A stretch of DNA of 64,000 nt from the human T2T-CHM13v2.0 reference genome, Homo sapiens: assembly GCF_009914755.1 (NCBI RefSeq), contig NC_060934.1; one strand, 5' to 3'. Made by a program: the position numbers and the translations under genes. The notes under the pieces were generated by a model, which saw only the letters and a program-made list of their open reading frames with translations, had not been told where the DNA came from and did no database searches. This document shows, piece after piece, positions 14,818 through 40,034 of the stretch; within the stretch, counting starts at the first letter, position 1; each line of letters starts with the position of its first letter.

Positions 14818-15012
14818 CTCCTAGGGTACAGTAGTCTGTCTCCCACTAGGAGACTCCTAGGATACGGTAAGATACCTCCTAGGATGGACTGTGCCCCTCT
14901 CCTAGGATACGGTACACTGTCTCCTACTAGGAGATTGTTGTGATACAGTACGATATCTTCTAGGTTACAGTAAGATATCTTATAAGATGGACTGTGCCCC
15001 TCTTCTAGAAGC
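14818..15012. repeat. Degenerate higher-order minisatellite, core CTCCTAGGATACGGTA
   Basis: Units of 36, 22 and 23 bp arranged A-B-C-A-B'-B-C. Confidence 0.8.
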
Positions 15013-15032
15013 CTGTAATATTTGTGAAGTAG

Positions 15033-19718
<4,686 letters not shown>

Positions 19719-19955
19719 TTATGAATGAATTATAATTGTTTCCTCTTATGTTTTCTTATTCATGTTTTCTAGTTTTTCATTTCTAAGAAGCAAGTTTTCA
19801 AAGAAAAAAAGAAAAAACTGTTTTTTTCTGTAATGCAGAAATAGCAAGTTTGAAGAACAAATAAGGAAGTATAATTGCTAGCCCTTCCTTATAGAATCGT
19901 ATCTGCGGAGTGATAGAGTACCCTTTAAACCACATGCTCTCCTGTTCCATTTCAG

Positions 19956-20488
19956 AGGATTCCACAGATGTTGGTGAGGAGGACAGCTTCCTTGGTCAGA
20001 CTTCTATTCACACATCTGCCCCACAGACATTTAGTTACTTCTCTCAGGTATCAAGCAGCAGTGATCCTTTTGGGAATATTGGACAGTCACCATTAACAAC
20101 TGCAGCAACCTCAGTTGGACAATCAGGATTCCCCAAGCCCCTGACTGCTCTCCCTTTTACAACTGGATCCCAAGATGTCTCGAATGCATTTTCACCATCC
20201 ATTTCGAAGGCTCAACCTGGTGCTCCACCTTCCTCACTGATGGGAATAAATTCTTATCTGCCTTCTCAGCCAAGTAGTCTCCCTCCTTCATATTTTGGGA
20301 ACCAACCCCAAGGAATTCCCCAACCAGGATACAATCCATATCGCCATACCCCTGGCAGCAGCAGGGCTAATCCTTACATTGCACCACCCCAGCTGCAGCA
20401 GTGCCAAACACCAGGCCCTCCTGCTCATCCTCCACCTTCTGGACCCCCTGTTCAGATGTACCAGATGCCTCCAGGATCTTTGCCACCG
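19956..20488 (+). CDS. SEC23IP: SEC23IP exon 2 (533 nt), Pro/Ser/Gln-rich region
   Basis: ttcag|AG acceptor, EDSTDVGEED...GSLPP, CCG|gtatgg donor; phase 1 to 0. Confidence 0.96.
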
Positions 20489-21764
20489 GTATGGAGACAT
20501 GATTTTGTGTCCTACTTATTCACTCTGTGTCTTCTTTCTCACCTGAACCTATGTTTTAAAAAACATTTCACATCTTATAATCAATATGGTGACAAATTAG
20601 TTTCAGAGGGTATTCTTTGTAAGCTACATGAAGTAAACATTGTCTTAAAGATAGCTTATTGGATGGCTCATATTTTAGTGTATATTACCTGTTTATTGAA
20701 GCAGTAACTGATTTTAATGAGTTAGCTACGTGTCAGTATTTCCAGATTTTAGAGTACGGTAAAAATAAGTGTTGTCTAGAGACATAGGAGAATTGAAGCG
20801 GTTATTGTCTTAACAGACTGCTAGTTTCTCATCTTTCAATTACACTAGTCAATCAAAAAACTCAATTACAGGGACTAAAATTGATTACTTCAGTAATTTC
20901 TTTATGGAGTTTGGATCTAGATCAGTCAAACTCTATCTAGGGAGAGTTGGTGGAATAACGTATGCATTGGGTAAATTTCATGAAATTCCCTTATGCATTT
21001 TTCCCAACTAATTGTTTATTTGATTTCCAAAGAAAAATCAACAGAATTAAACAAAAAGAGAAATGATTAAAAAGAATTAAGAACCCATTTCAGTGTGGTG
21101 GAGATAGCAGTATTGTGATCAGAATGTAACTAACTTCTCTGTTAGAGATAGAGAATGGACTCTGTTTTATCATTTCATTTAAATCATACCAATACACAAA
21201 TTTTTGACAATGTTGGATTTCGGCATTCTGAAAAGTAACCAGATTCATAGCATGTGGTATATAGTTAGTATTTTTGCTAACTATAACAAACTAATTGTAG
21301 TTTGTTGCTTAAATTTTTAAAAAGGTTTTTAGATAAAAGTTTAAAAAATGATAATTTCAAACTTGAAGAAAAGTTGCAAAAATAAAAAGAGTACAAAGAG
21401 CACTCTAATATCCTTTACTCAGGTTTACTTATCATTAACATTTCATCCCGTTTGTTTTTTAATTTGTGCATGTGCACACCCTGGCATATGTGAGCCCTCC
21501 CTCTTCCCCCATCCCTTTCTCCTGCCCCTTCCTCCTGCTTCTCCTCCTGCCCCTCCCTCTTCCCTCCCTTCCCCCCATCGTTTTTTTCTCTTTCTGTATA
21601 TATGCAATTTTGGGGGGAATATTTGAAGGTCAGTAAAATACATTATGATTCTTTACTCCTAAATTCCTGGTGTACATTTGCTAAGCATAAGGACATTCTT
21701 CTTATGTGCACAGTGCAGCTATGAATCTCAGGAAATTGAGTGTTGATGTAATACTTCAAAATGA

Positions 21765-22121
<357 letters not shown>

Positions 22122-22723
22122 TAAATTATATATTTTTTTGAGACTGGGTCTCACTCTGTTGTCCAGGTTGGAATGCAGTGGCGCAATCACAGCTCACCTG
22201 CAGTCTCAAACTCCTGGGCCTCAAGTGATCTTCCTGCCTCAGCCTACCAAAGTGCTGGGATTACAGGTGTGAGCCACCACACCTGTCCCAAAATGGTGTC
22301 TAATTAAAAAATTTTAAAATAAGTCTAGTCTGATTTTAAAATCGTTTTTGTAGAAAATTTGAAAAACGCAGAATACTCAATTTAATAAAAAATGTCCATA
22401 GATAACCACTGTTTTCCTTTTGTTATATGTCTTTTTTTGGCAAACATATAATACCTATGGTTTCTATAATCTATTTTTTTTGTGTGTGAACATACTTTAA
22501 ATGTTACTAAGATTTTTTCTAAAACATTAAAATTTTTTTCTTTTTCTTCTTCTTTTTTTTTTTTTTAAAGAGATGGGGGGGGGGTCTTGCTCTGTCATCC
22601 AGGGTGGAGTGCAGTGGTGTGATTACAGCTCACTGCAACCTTGAACTACACTTCAGCCTCAGGAGTAGCTGGGACTACAAGTGTGCCCCACCATGTCCGT
22701 GTGATTTTTAGATTTTTTTGTAG

Positions 22724-22912
<189 letters not shown>

Positions 22913-23208
22913 TAATGGCGCTGGAGGATCTAGCATTTGAGTTAAATATTATTTAATCAGGTTTCTGTTAGACATTTTGATTATTTCCAGTGATTTCCTA
23001 TTTTATTTATTTTTTTGCAAACATTCCAAATTTATTAGCTATGATTTTATAATCAACATTATTGAGGTATAATTTACATACAGTAAAAGGCATCCATTTA
23101 CAGTATACAATTCGATTTATTTAAAGTGTACAATTAGCTGAGTTTTGACAGTTGTACACACCAATTTCCTATTTTAAATAACCTTTTGATGTATATCCTT
23201 GGGGATAA

Positions 23209-23553
<345 letters not shown>

Positions 23554-24325
23554 TAGAAATGGAATGAGTAGGTCAAGGAGTAGGCACATTTTAAAGGTTA
23601 AATAGGCCGGGTGTGGTGGCTCACACCTGTAATCCCAACACTTTGAGAGGTCAAGGCGGGCTGGTCACTTGAGGTTGGGAGTTCGCAACCAGCCTGACCA
23701 ACCTGGAGAAACCCTGTCTCTACTAAAAATACAAAATTAGCTGATTGTGGTGGCGCATGCCTGTAATCCCAGCTACTTGGGAGGCTGAGGCAGGAGAATC
23801 GCTTGAACTCGGGAGACGGAGGCTGTGCATTGCGCCGTTGCACTCCAGGCTGGGCAAGAAGAGCAAACTCCGCCTCACACACACAAAAAAGGTTAAATAA
23901 ATCATGGGAGATGTATTGCTAGATTGATTTCTGTAAAGGTGTTAGTTTACTTTGTGTTCTGTGAGAAGGTCTGGTTCACCTTGTAATTGATTTTTTTCTA
24001 AATTTTTTAATTTTTAATTTTTGTGGGTACATAGTAGGTATATATGTTTATGGGTTACATGAGATATTTTGATACAGGCATGCAATGTGTAATCACATCA
24101 GGATAAATGGGGTATAGATATCCCTCACCTCAAGCATTTATCCTTGATTTGGGGTTTTGTTAGGTTTAAAAATTCTTCTTAAAATTGCTTTGGGGTCTAG
24201 TTATTACACTAAGTAATTGTCCAGATATACATGTAGGATAATCTACTAACATCAGTTTGGGTGTGAAGCATATTCAGAATTCTTTTGGACAAGCATGACA
24301 GTCTTAACTTTGCCGTCCCCTCCAG

Positions 24326-24536
24326 GTTCCTTCTTCAGTGCAGTCACCGGCACAGCAGCAGGTACCTGCCAGACCTGGGGCTCCCTCTGTTCAAGTGCCA
24401 TCTCCTTTTCTACTTCAAAACCAATATGAGCCTGTTCAGCCCCACTGGTTTTACTGCAAGGAGGTAGAATACAAACAACTGTGGATGCCTTTTAGTGTGT
24501 TCGACTCTTTGAATCTTGAAGAAATCTATAATTCAG
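24326..24536 (+). CDS. SEC23IP: SEC23IP exon 3 (211 nt), start of WWE-like region
   Basis: tccag|GTT; VPSSVQ...HWFYCKEVEYKQLWMPFS...IYNS; CAG|gtaaac. Confidence 0.96.
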
Positions 24537-25610
24537 GTAAACATTGGTCATACATCATTCATATCTGATTTTAGGAAGAGAAGGAATGAGATCATTTATT
24601 CATGATCTATTTTCTGTGAATGTCAAATACCTTAATCCTTATAGACCCCAGACTCTGTACCTTAAGGTGACGATATTAGTATAAGTCCTGAGTTACCTGG
24701 GTAAGGTATTTGAAGAAATGTTTTAGTAATTTACTTCGTAGTTTAAAGGTATTTTGAATCAGAGAAGTTGAGCAGTTCATATAATCCAGGTTTCAATTTT
24801 TCTGTTTCCCTTGTTCATTTGTAGTTATGGGGGCATTTATAAAGGGCATTCTGTGGAACTCTCTATCCTGGAGATGCTCTGTGAAAAAAGGGTTCCCTGG
24901 TCAGATGAGTTTTGGAAATGCTGCTCTCTGTATCTAGGTCTTGAGAGAGATGGTGTGCAGGAGTACATTAATGCTTTGAGAAGTCCTGCAGTGTAGAAAT
25001 GTGTTTCTTTGTTTATCCTGATATATTATTATATCACTGTATTATTGTATGTAGATATTATTGTTCTGATAAAAAAAATCCATCAGTTCTTTGAATTATG
25101 TTTTTAAAGTTTGCCCTAGCTGTTTCTTTTCTACTTAAGAGTCATAATTTTGAGCAGCACAGATTAATCTTAAACTTCTATTTTGAAATAAAAATGAGCC
25201 TAGTTTTTTGTCTTTAAAGATTGAGTAGTCACCGTATTCATTATTTATTATTTCATTTTTATTTTCTTGAGACAGAGTCTCACTCTGCTGCCCAGGCTGG
25301 AGAGCAGTAGCGCAATCTGGACTCACTGCAACCTCTGCTTCTTGGGTTCAAACTACTATGCCTCAGCCTCCCAAGTAGCTGGGATTATAGGCGTGTGCCA
25401 CCACGCCTGGCTAATTGTTGTATTTTTAGTAGACAGGGAGGTTTCACCATTGGCCAGGCTGGTCTCAAACTCCTGACCGCAAGTGATCCACCTCTCTCGG
25501 CCTCCCAGGGTGCTGGGATTACAGGCATGAGCCACTGCGCCCAGCAGATTATTTATTATTTTACAATATGCCTTGCAGCAGTTAGGAAAAGTGTTAATTT
25601 TGTTCTCTAG

Positions 25611-25804
25611 TTCAGCCAGATCCGGAGAGCGTGGTTCTTGGCACGGATGGAGGGCGCTACGATGTTTACCTCTATGACCGAATAAGGAAGGCTGCCTACT
25701 GGGAAGAGGAGCCAGCCGAAGTGAGACGCTGTACTTGGTTTTACAAGGGGGACACAGATAGTCGATTTATTCCCTATACTGAGGAGTTCAGTGAAAAACT
25801 AGAG
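25611..25804 (+). CDS. SEC23IP: SEC23IP exon 4 (194 nt)
   Basis: ctctag|TT; [18 protein letters not shown]...FSEKLE; GAG|gtacgg. Confidence 0.96.
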
Positions 25805-28090
25805 GTACGGGTGCTTTATTTCTTTATGAGTTTCTTTAAAAAATGTAGGTCCTATATACATTGGTGAGTAACATCATTCACAGTGGAGCGGACTTTACTT
25901 ACAAGACAGCTTGTTTTGATGCTGTTCACAGAGAAGATTACTTTTTAAGTGGTGTCATCACTCATGAGGTGCTAATCGTGGCATCTGTGTCTAAAGATAG
26001 AATATGATTTGCAGAGACACATCACAGATCTAATAAGGTGCTTGTGTCAAGCCTTCAATAGAACCTAGGCCGCTGGGATTTGTTGTTGATAGAAGATGCC
26101 AAGCATATGGACATTTTCAAATTAGTATTCAGTAAAAGGCTTGAAATTAACCTCTGATTTGTGAAAATAAATAAATAGAATTGGAAGAAGTGTCTTGAGT
26201 CTTATTAGCCATCTTAAATCTATAATTTCTTCAAGAAATTATATGTTGTTTTATATAATTGTGTTAAATGCTTGTGTTAATTCTACTTAAGAGTTGAATG
26301 TTAGATATTTGAAATACGTTCAGTGAATTCAGTTGCATAGATAGGAAATGAGATACAGAACATTTTAGTTAACTTCTGGCTGGGTGTGGTGGCTCGTGCC
26401 TATAATCCCAGCACTATGGGAGGCCTAGGTGAGCAGATCACTTGAGGCCAGGAGTTTTGAGACCAGCCTGACCAACATGGCGAAACCATGTCTCTACTAA
26501 AAATACAAAAACTAGCCAGGCGTGGTGGCACACGCTAGTAGTCCGAGCTACTCGGGAGGCTGAAGAGGAAGGATCACCTGTGCCAGGGAAGTTGAGGCTG
26601 CAGGGAGCTGAGATCATGCCACTGCACTCCAGCGTGGGCAATGGGAATGAGACCCTTCCTCAGAAAAAAAAAAAGTATATATTTGTATATGTGCATATAT
26701 GTGTGTGTGTATATATATAAAGAAAAAAGTGTAAAGGAATGCTGATATCTATAGCTTAATTTTAGATATAAATAAACAAATAAAGATATATTGTAATTTT
26801 TGGTACCTTTTTGGTAGGCCCCTACGAAGCTATCATGTCCCCAGATTAAATGTTTAGTTTTACTATTTTGAAGCTGAAGTATATATTTTCAAGTCCAAGC
26901 AGTGTCTGAAAGTCTACACTTTCTCTTAACTATATTTGATTTTATATGGGTGACATAGACTTTGAAGCGGGATAGATATCCACATACCGACCATTGCAGC
27001 AACACATGGCTACCTAGGGAGACCTTAGCTTTTGTTCGGCTTCTTCCAGGAAACTCAAACCAGATCAGGGAAGAGGCAGAGGAGGTTAGGAAGTGAGAAA
27101 GCCGATAATAGAAAGGGAACAAAATGATACGTATTGCTCAGCATCCTGTTGGTGATCCTCTTCTGTCAGAGCACTAAGACAAAACAACGGAAGGGTTGGA
27201 GACAGAGAACACCTTTAATTTGATGAAGACATGATTATTGTCTACGTGGAAAATCAGGAGAACCTCTAGAAATATTAGCACCAATACAAGAGTTTTTTTG
27301 CAAGTCCGTGTATATAAAATTAACATACGTAAATTAGTAACATTCCTGTGCCATAGAAATAACCAATTAAAAATAGAAAAAGAAGATACTATGTATTTAT
27401 AACAGAGAGACTATATATTTATAAAACTACAGGCAATGTAGGAAAAAAGCCCAAGAAAAGTACCGGTAAACTTTATGGAACACTGAAGAACGTAAAAGGT
27501 GACCTCAAGAAATGGAGCTAGGCTGGGCGTGGTGGCTCCTGCCTGTAATCCCAGCACTCTGGGAGGCCAAGGTGGGTGGGTTGCTTCAGCTCAGGAGTTC
27601 CAGACCAGCCTGGACAACATGGAAAAACCCCGTCTCTACAAAAAATACACACAAAAAAATTAGCTGGGCATGGTGGCCCATGCCTGTGGTCTTAGCTACT
27701 CAGGAGGCAGAGGCAGTAGGATTGCTTGAGCCTGGGATCTTGAGGCTGCAGTGAACTGTGATCGTGTCACAGCACTTTAGCTTGGGCGACAGAGCAAGAC
27801 CTTGTCTCAGAAAAAAAAAAAAAAAAAGAAACGGAGCTAAACATTATGTTCATGTAGGCACTATCATAAAAGATGTCAATTCTTCCCAAATTATCAGATA
27901 AATTTTAGGCAATCCCAATCAAAATTCACATCAGGGTTTTTTTTTTTTTTTGGTAAAATTTGCAAGCTGCTTCTAAATTTTTTGTGGAAGATCAAAATGT
28001 CAAGGATAACCAAGACCATTTCGACAATGAAATGTGAAATCTTTACCAGATAATACTTACTATAAAGCTGTGGATTGAAAGGGAATATGA

Positions 28091-28414
<324 letters not shown>

Positions 28415-28689
28415 TAAGGTGGTGAAAGTTTTCTTTCTTTAATCCTTGTTGTTTGTGGCCTTGCTTTTAGAAATTATGAATTATATTTGAAGTTTTTTTT
28501 TTTTTTAAATCGAAGAGGAGGGTCAGAAGTACAAAAGACTAGGCTGGGCATGGTGACTCACGCCTGTAATCCCAGCACTTTGGAGGCCGAGGCGGGCTGA
28601 TTGCTTGAGATTAGGATTTCGAGACCAGTCTGGCCAACGTGGTAAAACCCTGTCTCTACTAAAAATACAAAATTAGCCAGGTATGGTTA

Positions 28690-28869
<180 letters not shown>

Positions 28870-29099
28870 TCAATGATTGTCCAAGAAACAGAAGGAAATA
28901 CTTCTATTTTCACGTGATTGTCAAATACTCACTGTTACTAGTTTTAAAAAAAAGACTTTGTAACAATTTTTACTTGTCAATTAAAAAAATAAATGAACAA
29001 AAAAAAGGACTTGTGGATATGCCAGAGGCTCCCCCTTACTTTGTGTTGAATCTCTCCCCAAGAGGTCCTCACGCTTGTTCTTTATAGAAACTAGAATAG

Positions 29100-29700
<601 letters not shown>

Positions 29701-29888
29701 TCTGGAGGAAGAGTAAGAAGATGGTTGGACAGTGAAGATTTTGGAGTCAGAAAGTCCTGGGTGATATTACTCCAGCCCACATGAAAAAAAAGAAAAAGTC
29801 AGTCCTGGGTGGCAATGAACTACAGTTCTCCCATTGCTGCTTCCCAGTTGTGTCATCTTGTGCAACTGTATACAGTACTTAAAATGTC

Positions 29889-30328
29889 TATTATGGGTTG
29901 AATTGTGTCTCCCCATCCCCCAAATATGTTGAATTACTAATCCCCAGTGTCTCAGAATGTGACCTTATTTGGAAATAGGGTCATTGCAGATGTAATTAGT
30001 TAAGGTGAGGTTTTACTGGAATAGGATGGGCCCCAAAGCCAATATAACTTGCGATGTGAAGACAGACACACAGAAAGAATCCCATATGATGATGGAGGCA
30101 AAGGCTGGAGTTACACTGCAAGCCAAGGAAAGCCAGAGATTGCCAGCCACCACCAGAAGCTAGGAAGAGGGAAGGAGGATTTCTTTATAGCTTTCAGAGG
30201 AACGGTGGCCTGCCTTCCTGGCACCTAATTTTCTACTTGGAGCCTCCAGAACTATGGGATGATACATTTTTTTTCTAAGTCACTCTGTTTGTGATACTTT
30301 GTTAATGCAGCCCTAGGAAATGAACAGA
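29889..30328 (+). mobile_element. MLT1-type MaLR LTR
   Basis: tatgggttgaattgtgtc...gtgaccttatttggaaatagggtc...gcagccctaggaaa. Confidence 0.8.
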
Positions 30329-30566
30329 CCATCTAAAACTTGGTTTTCTTCATTATATAATGGGGATCCTGTTACTTAGGCGTGATTGAGAGTAATTACT
30401 TCAATGGTATGTGTAAGGTGATAAAAAATATGTTAACCAGTCAGGAAATGAGAACTGCTATTACTGTTATTTTTATCACCATTATAGTGACCGTTTTCCT
30501 CCATACTTTCTCTCCATGTGGTATAAATTTGTCATGTTGGAATATATGTTGTTTCCCCCATTATAG

Positions 30567-30656
30567 GCTGAATATAAAAAAGCTGTAACCACTAATCAGT
30601 GGCACCGAAGATTAGAGTTTCCAAGTGGAGAGACAATTGTTATGCACAATCCAAAG
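30567..30656 (+). CDS. SEC23IP: SEC23IP exon 5 (90 nt)
   Basis: ttatag|GCT; AEYKKAVTTNQWHRRLEFPSGETIVMHNPK; AAG|gtaatg. Confidence 0.95.
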
Positions 30657-30869
30657 GTAATGATGGTGTTCAAAATTTTAAGGTATTAAGTTCATTTTAA
30701 TATTTTTCTGTGTATGTTTGATAAATTGTTCATTTTTAGTAACTTCTACAGTGGGAATGTTTTTGTAACAAGTGCATTGCTTTTAAAATACTTTATTATT
30801 ATAGTGGATAATACAGATATTATTTCTATGATTCACACTGATCATAGAAACAAAAACACAAATTTTTCG

Positions 30870-35810
<4,941 letters not shown>

Positions 35811-36252
35811 TTATTTTTACAATTACATACACTTCATGTTTATTGAAGTGTATGTAAAATGTTTCAATAAAATGTATGTTTCTTGTAAAATAAATACTCA
35901 CACGATGAAATCTGAGTAATCTCCACTGGGGCTTAGTGTCCTGGGGAGTTCTGAAGCATCACAAGGTTGTGGAGCCTCCATAGATACAAACCTGCTGCTC
36001 ATCATGTGCTATTAGCTTCCAGGAACAGAGAGAGCCTGCTGCCTCCACCTCTTGTTCTAGTTCGCTTTTATATGCCAAGAGGGACAAATTGTTCCTCTAA
36101 TTTGATAGGGGTAATGAGGCTTATTCTCTTTGAAGGGTCATGAATTTCTTTGGCAAGTTTGTGATGACGAAAGGGATATCTAGAATATTGCCATTAGGAA
36201 AATCCAAACAAATTCCCATCTTTTATGTAGGTTTAAAAATTTTTTTTGATAG

Positions 36253-36342
36253 GGGAGATGCCTCAAGTTGACCATTTGGTGTTTGTGGTGCATGGCATTG
36301 GACCTGTGTGTGACTTACGCTTTAGGAGCATTATTGAGTGTG
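36253..36342 (+). CDS. SEC23IP: SEC23IP exon 7 (90 nt)
   Basis: gatag|GG; [29 protein letters not shown]; GTG|gtaagt. Confidence 0.96.
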
Positions 36343-37270
36343 GTAAGTGTTGGGTATATTGTATTTCATGGGATGATCTGAGAACTAATAGAAGAGCTTT
36401 GGAGTATTCATTTTTAGGATAGTTCCCAGCTGTGTACTACTTGCTGAGGAGTCTGTAAGAGGAAATTTAAATGGTCAGTGGGAAATACTAAGTTGTACTT
36501 GATTTGCTCTTGTGACATATGTGACGCATACAATCCCAGACTGTGAGGAATTAGAAGGGATCTTGGAAGTAGTTTAGCCTTGTTGACAGCCTTTGCCTGA
36601 GCACCTGCAGCAGCTAGGAGCACCTCTGCATTGAATGGATTTATAGTCAGTGAGTTGGGAGAAGTTGTTTAATGGAAACATGAATCTGCCTGGTTGACTT
36701 AAATTTTTGAAGTTTTATTTTTATGTCCATGTAATAATAGTTCATATTTATTGAATATTTGGTATATGCCAAGTATCTTAGATGCCTTGTCATTTGACCC
36801 TCACAAATAAACCTTTGGGGTATAGGCGCTGTCACTGTTATCGCCACTACTGTGACTAATGAGGAACTGAGGCCTGGGATAGTGGGGGTTGGGGGTGAAG
36901 AGGTAAGGTAGGGGTTGGGGGTAAGTGAAACTCTCCCTTATCACAGTCAGTAGGGCCTGGAGCCTGGAGCCGGCAGTGTGATTCCAGAGCCTTTCCCCAA
37001 GGTGCCACGCTACCTCCCAGCAGTGGTGGTTAAACTGATATATCCCAAGCATCTATTCCTTTGCAATAATGGAAAGTTTAAAAGAGGTTCCCAAAAGTTA
37101 CTTATTCCTTTCTTTTTAAAAAATTTTACTAATTCTCTTATCCTCATTTTTTTCTTTAAAAAATGTATCTTTATGTTATTAAAAATACTGGCATATTTGA
37201 GGTAACTGCTGACTAGCTATCAAGCTAGGAGAATTTAATTTATTTTCTCTTTTTTTTTTTTCTTTTGAAG

Positions 37271-37412
37271 TGGATGATTTTAGGGTGGTTTCTCTCAAAT
37301 TGCTGCGGACACATTTCAAGAAATCTTTAGATGACGGGAAAGTAAGCAGAGTGGAGTTCCTTCCAGTTCATTGGCATAGTTCTTTGGGTGGGGACGCCAC
37401 AGGTGTGGACAG
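37271..37412 (+). CDS. SEC23IP: SEC23IP exon 8 (142 nt)
   Basis: tgaag|TG; [11 protein letters not shown]...VEFLPVHWH...GVD; CAG|gtttgt. Confidence 0.95.
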
Positions 37413-38675
37413 GTTTGTGGATTTTGATAACTTGTTTTTCAGATTAGTCATATTTAAATTTAAGATTTAAACCGTAATATGAAATAGTTTATTGTAGCTT
37501 CAATCAATATGTTTTTAAAAATTGTATACTTCTGACATATAATTAAATATTGGCTGTAAAGTTTACACACTACTTTTCTCTCTGTGTGTGTGCATTCCTT
37601 TTGTAAATATTTAAGAGAATCTTAAGAAATTTTAGCTGGTTTTAAAATACAATTTTAATCTGTAGCAGTTTAGACAGGGGGCTGTCCTTTATGTAGTAGG
37701 ATGCCTAATGGGCTTTCCACCCCAACAAAAATGTCTCCAGAAATTGCCAGATGTCCCCTGGAGGGTAAAAATCACCCCTGGCTGAGAACCACAGATTCAG
37801 AATATTGTTTCTCAGTGGAGATGCTCTTGTCAGGACAATTCTTTGCTGTCGCAGTGCAGACCACTTAACTTCCTTAGTGTAAAGGCCACTCAGTACTAGC
37901 AGTGCTCACCAGGCACTGTGACAATTAAAAATACTCTGCTCAATTTTGAATGCTCCCAATTGAGAATCATAAATACAGGTAATAGTTATGCTGGCACATG
38001 TCTAGATTTTAGTGAACACCGTAATGTTTCAGGGTACATAGTTTAATAAAACTATTTCTACAAACAGCGTTTTGTCTATGTTAGGCCCTATTGTAAGGGT
38101 GTTTTCTTTCTCTGTGTGTATTCCTAAACTTCATTTTGGTCATTCTCAAATTAGGGAAGATTTTTCATTCCATGTAGCCCTGTTTTTTCTGTTTGATATT
38201 CTCTTTAGTCCTTTTGACCCACAAGTTTTGTCAGGTGTCCAGATTTGCAGTTAACTGGAAGAAAAATGGAAGAGTAATCTTCCCTCTTTAAAAATAAAAT
38301 AGAAATCTTTGCATATGACTTATATAGCAACTAACTCTTCAGAGAATCCCAAAATTCATAGTATAGTTATAGGCACAAATAACTTTAAAAAAAAAACTGA
38401 ATTGTTTTTGAGACAGCATCTCACTGTCACCCAGGCTCTGGAGTGCGCTGGCATGATCATGGCTCACTGTAGACTTGGCCTCCTGGGCTCAAGTGATCCT
38501 CCCACCTCAGTCTCCCAAGTAGCTGGGACTATAGGTGCAAGCCGCCATGCCTGGCTAATTTTTAAATTTTCTGTAGAGATGGGGTCTCACTGTGTTGCTC
38601 AAGCTGGTCTTGATCTCCCGGGCTCAAGCGGTCCTCCTGCCCTAGCCTCTCAAAGTGCTAGGATCACAGGCATGA

Positions 38676-39120
<445 letters not shown>

Positions 39121-39358
39121 TGAACTCCTGACCTCAAGTGATCCACCCACTTCAGCCTCCCAAAGTGCTGGGATTACAGGTGTGAGCCACCGCATCTGGC
39201 CTATCTTGATTTATTTATAATGACTATCTACAGAAACAACTCATAGTCTGTGGGGTTTTCTTAGTGTATTTTCAGGAGTCAAAAATCTAAACTTTAAAAA
39301 AATCTGTAAATTTAAGGTAGATGCTGACTGAATGTGCTGTATTTTTCTTTTTAAACAG

Positions 39359-39567
39359 GAATATTAAGAAAATCACTTTGCCAAGTATTGGTCGATTTCG
39401 TCACTTTACCAATGAAACTTTGCTAGATATTTTATTTTATAACAGCCCCACCTACTGTCAGACAATTGTGGAAAAAGTAGGAATGGAGATAAACCATCTG
39501 CATGCACTCTTTATGAGTCGGAACCCAGACTTCAAAGGAGGTGTCTCTGTTGCTGGTCACAGTTTAG
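39359..39567 (+). CDS. SEC23IP: SEC23IP exon 9 (209 nt), GHSL(G) lipase motif
   Basis: aacag|G; [16 protein letters not shown]...VSVAGHSL; TAG|gtaaaa. Confidence 0.96.
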
Positions 39568-39915
39568 GTAAAACTGTCAAATATTCACATTTTAAATACA
39601 ATTTTTGTTGAGTCATAACTGCTTTCAGTGTAGGTGATATTGTTAGTGCAAAATTAAGAATTACAGATTTTAAGTTTCAGAAAAGGTAGAAATGAATGCT
39701 CTGAGTTTAGATTCTGCCTTTTCTATATTCACCTCTAGTATTACCTAGGGAATGCTATGTATTTTACTTTATTCTGCTGTTTGATAAAATAATTAATTAT
39801 CAGGTCTTGAATAACATGTAACTTCTGTATGACTTTTGACTATAGACAGTGAAAAAAGAATTAGTGTTATAAAAGTACCTACTACATTATAAGGCAAAAT
39901 GTTTCTTTTTCATAG

Positions 39916-40034
39916 GTTCTTTAATATTGTTTGACATCCTGTCTAATCAAAAAGATTTGAATTTATCAAAGTGCCCTGGACCTCTTGCTGTTGCTAATGG
40001 AGTTGTGAAGCAGCTACATTTTCAGGAAAAGCAG
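39916..40034 (+). CDS. SEC23IP: SEC23IP exon 10 (119 nt)
   Basis: catag|GT; SLILFDILSNQ...HFQEKQ; CAG|gtacgt. Confidence 0.95.
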
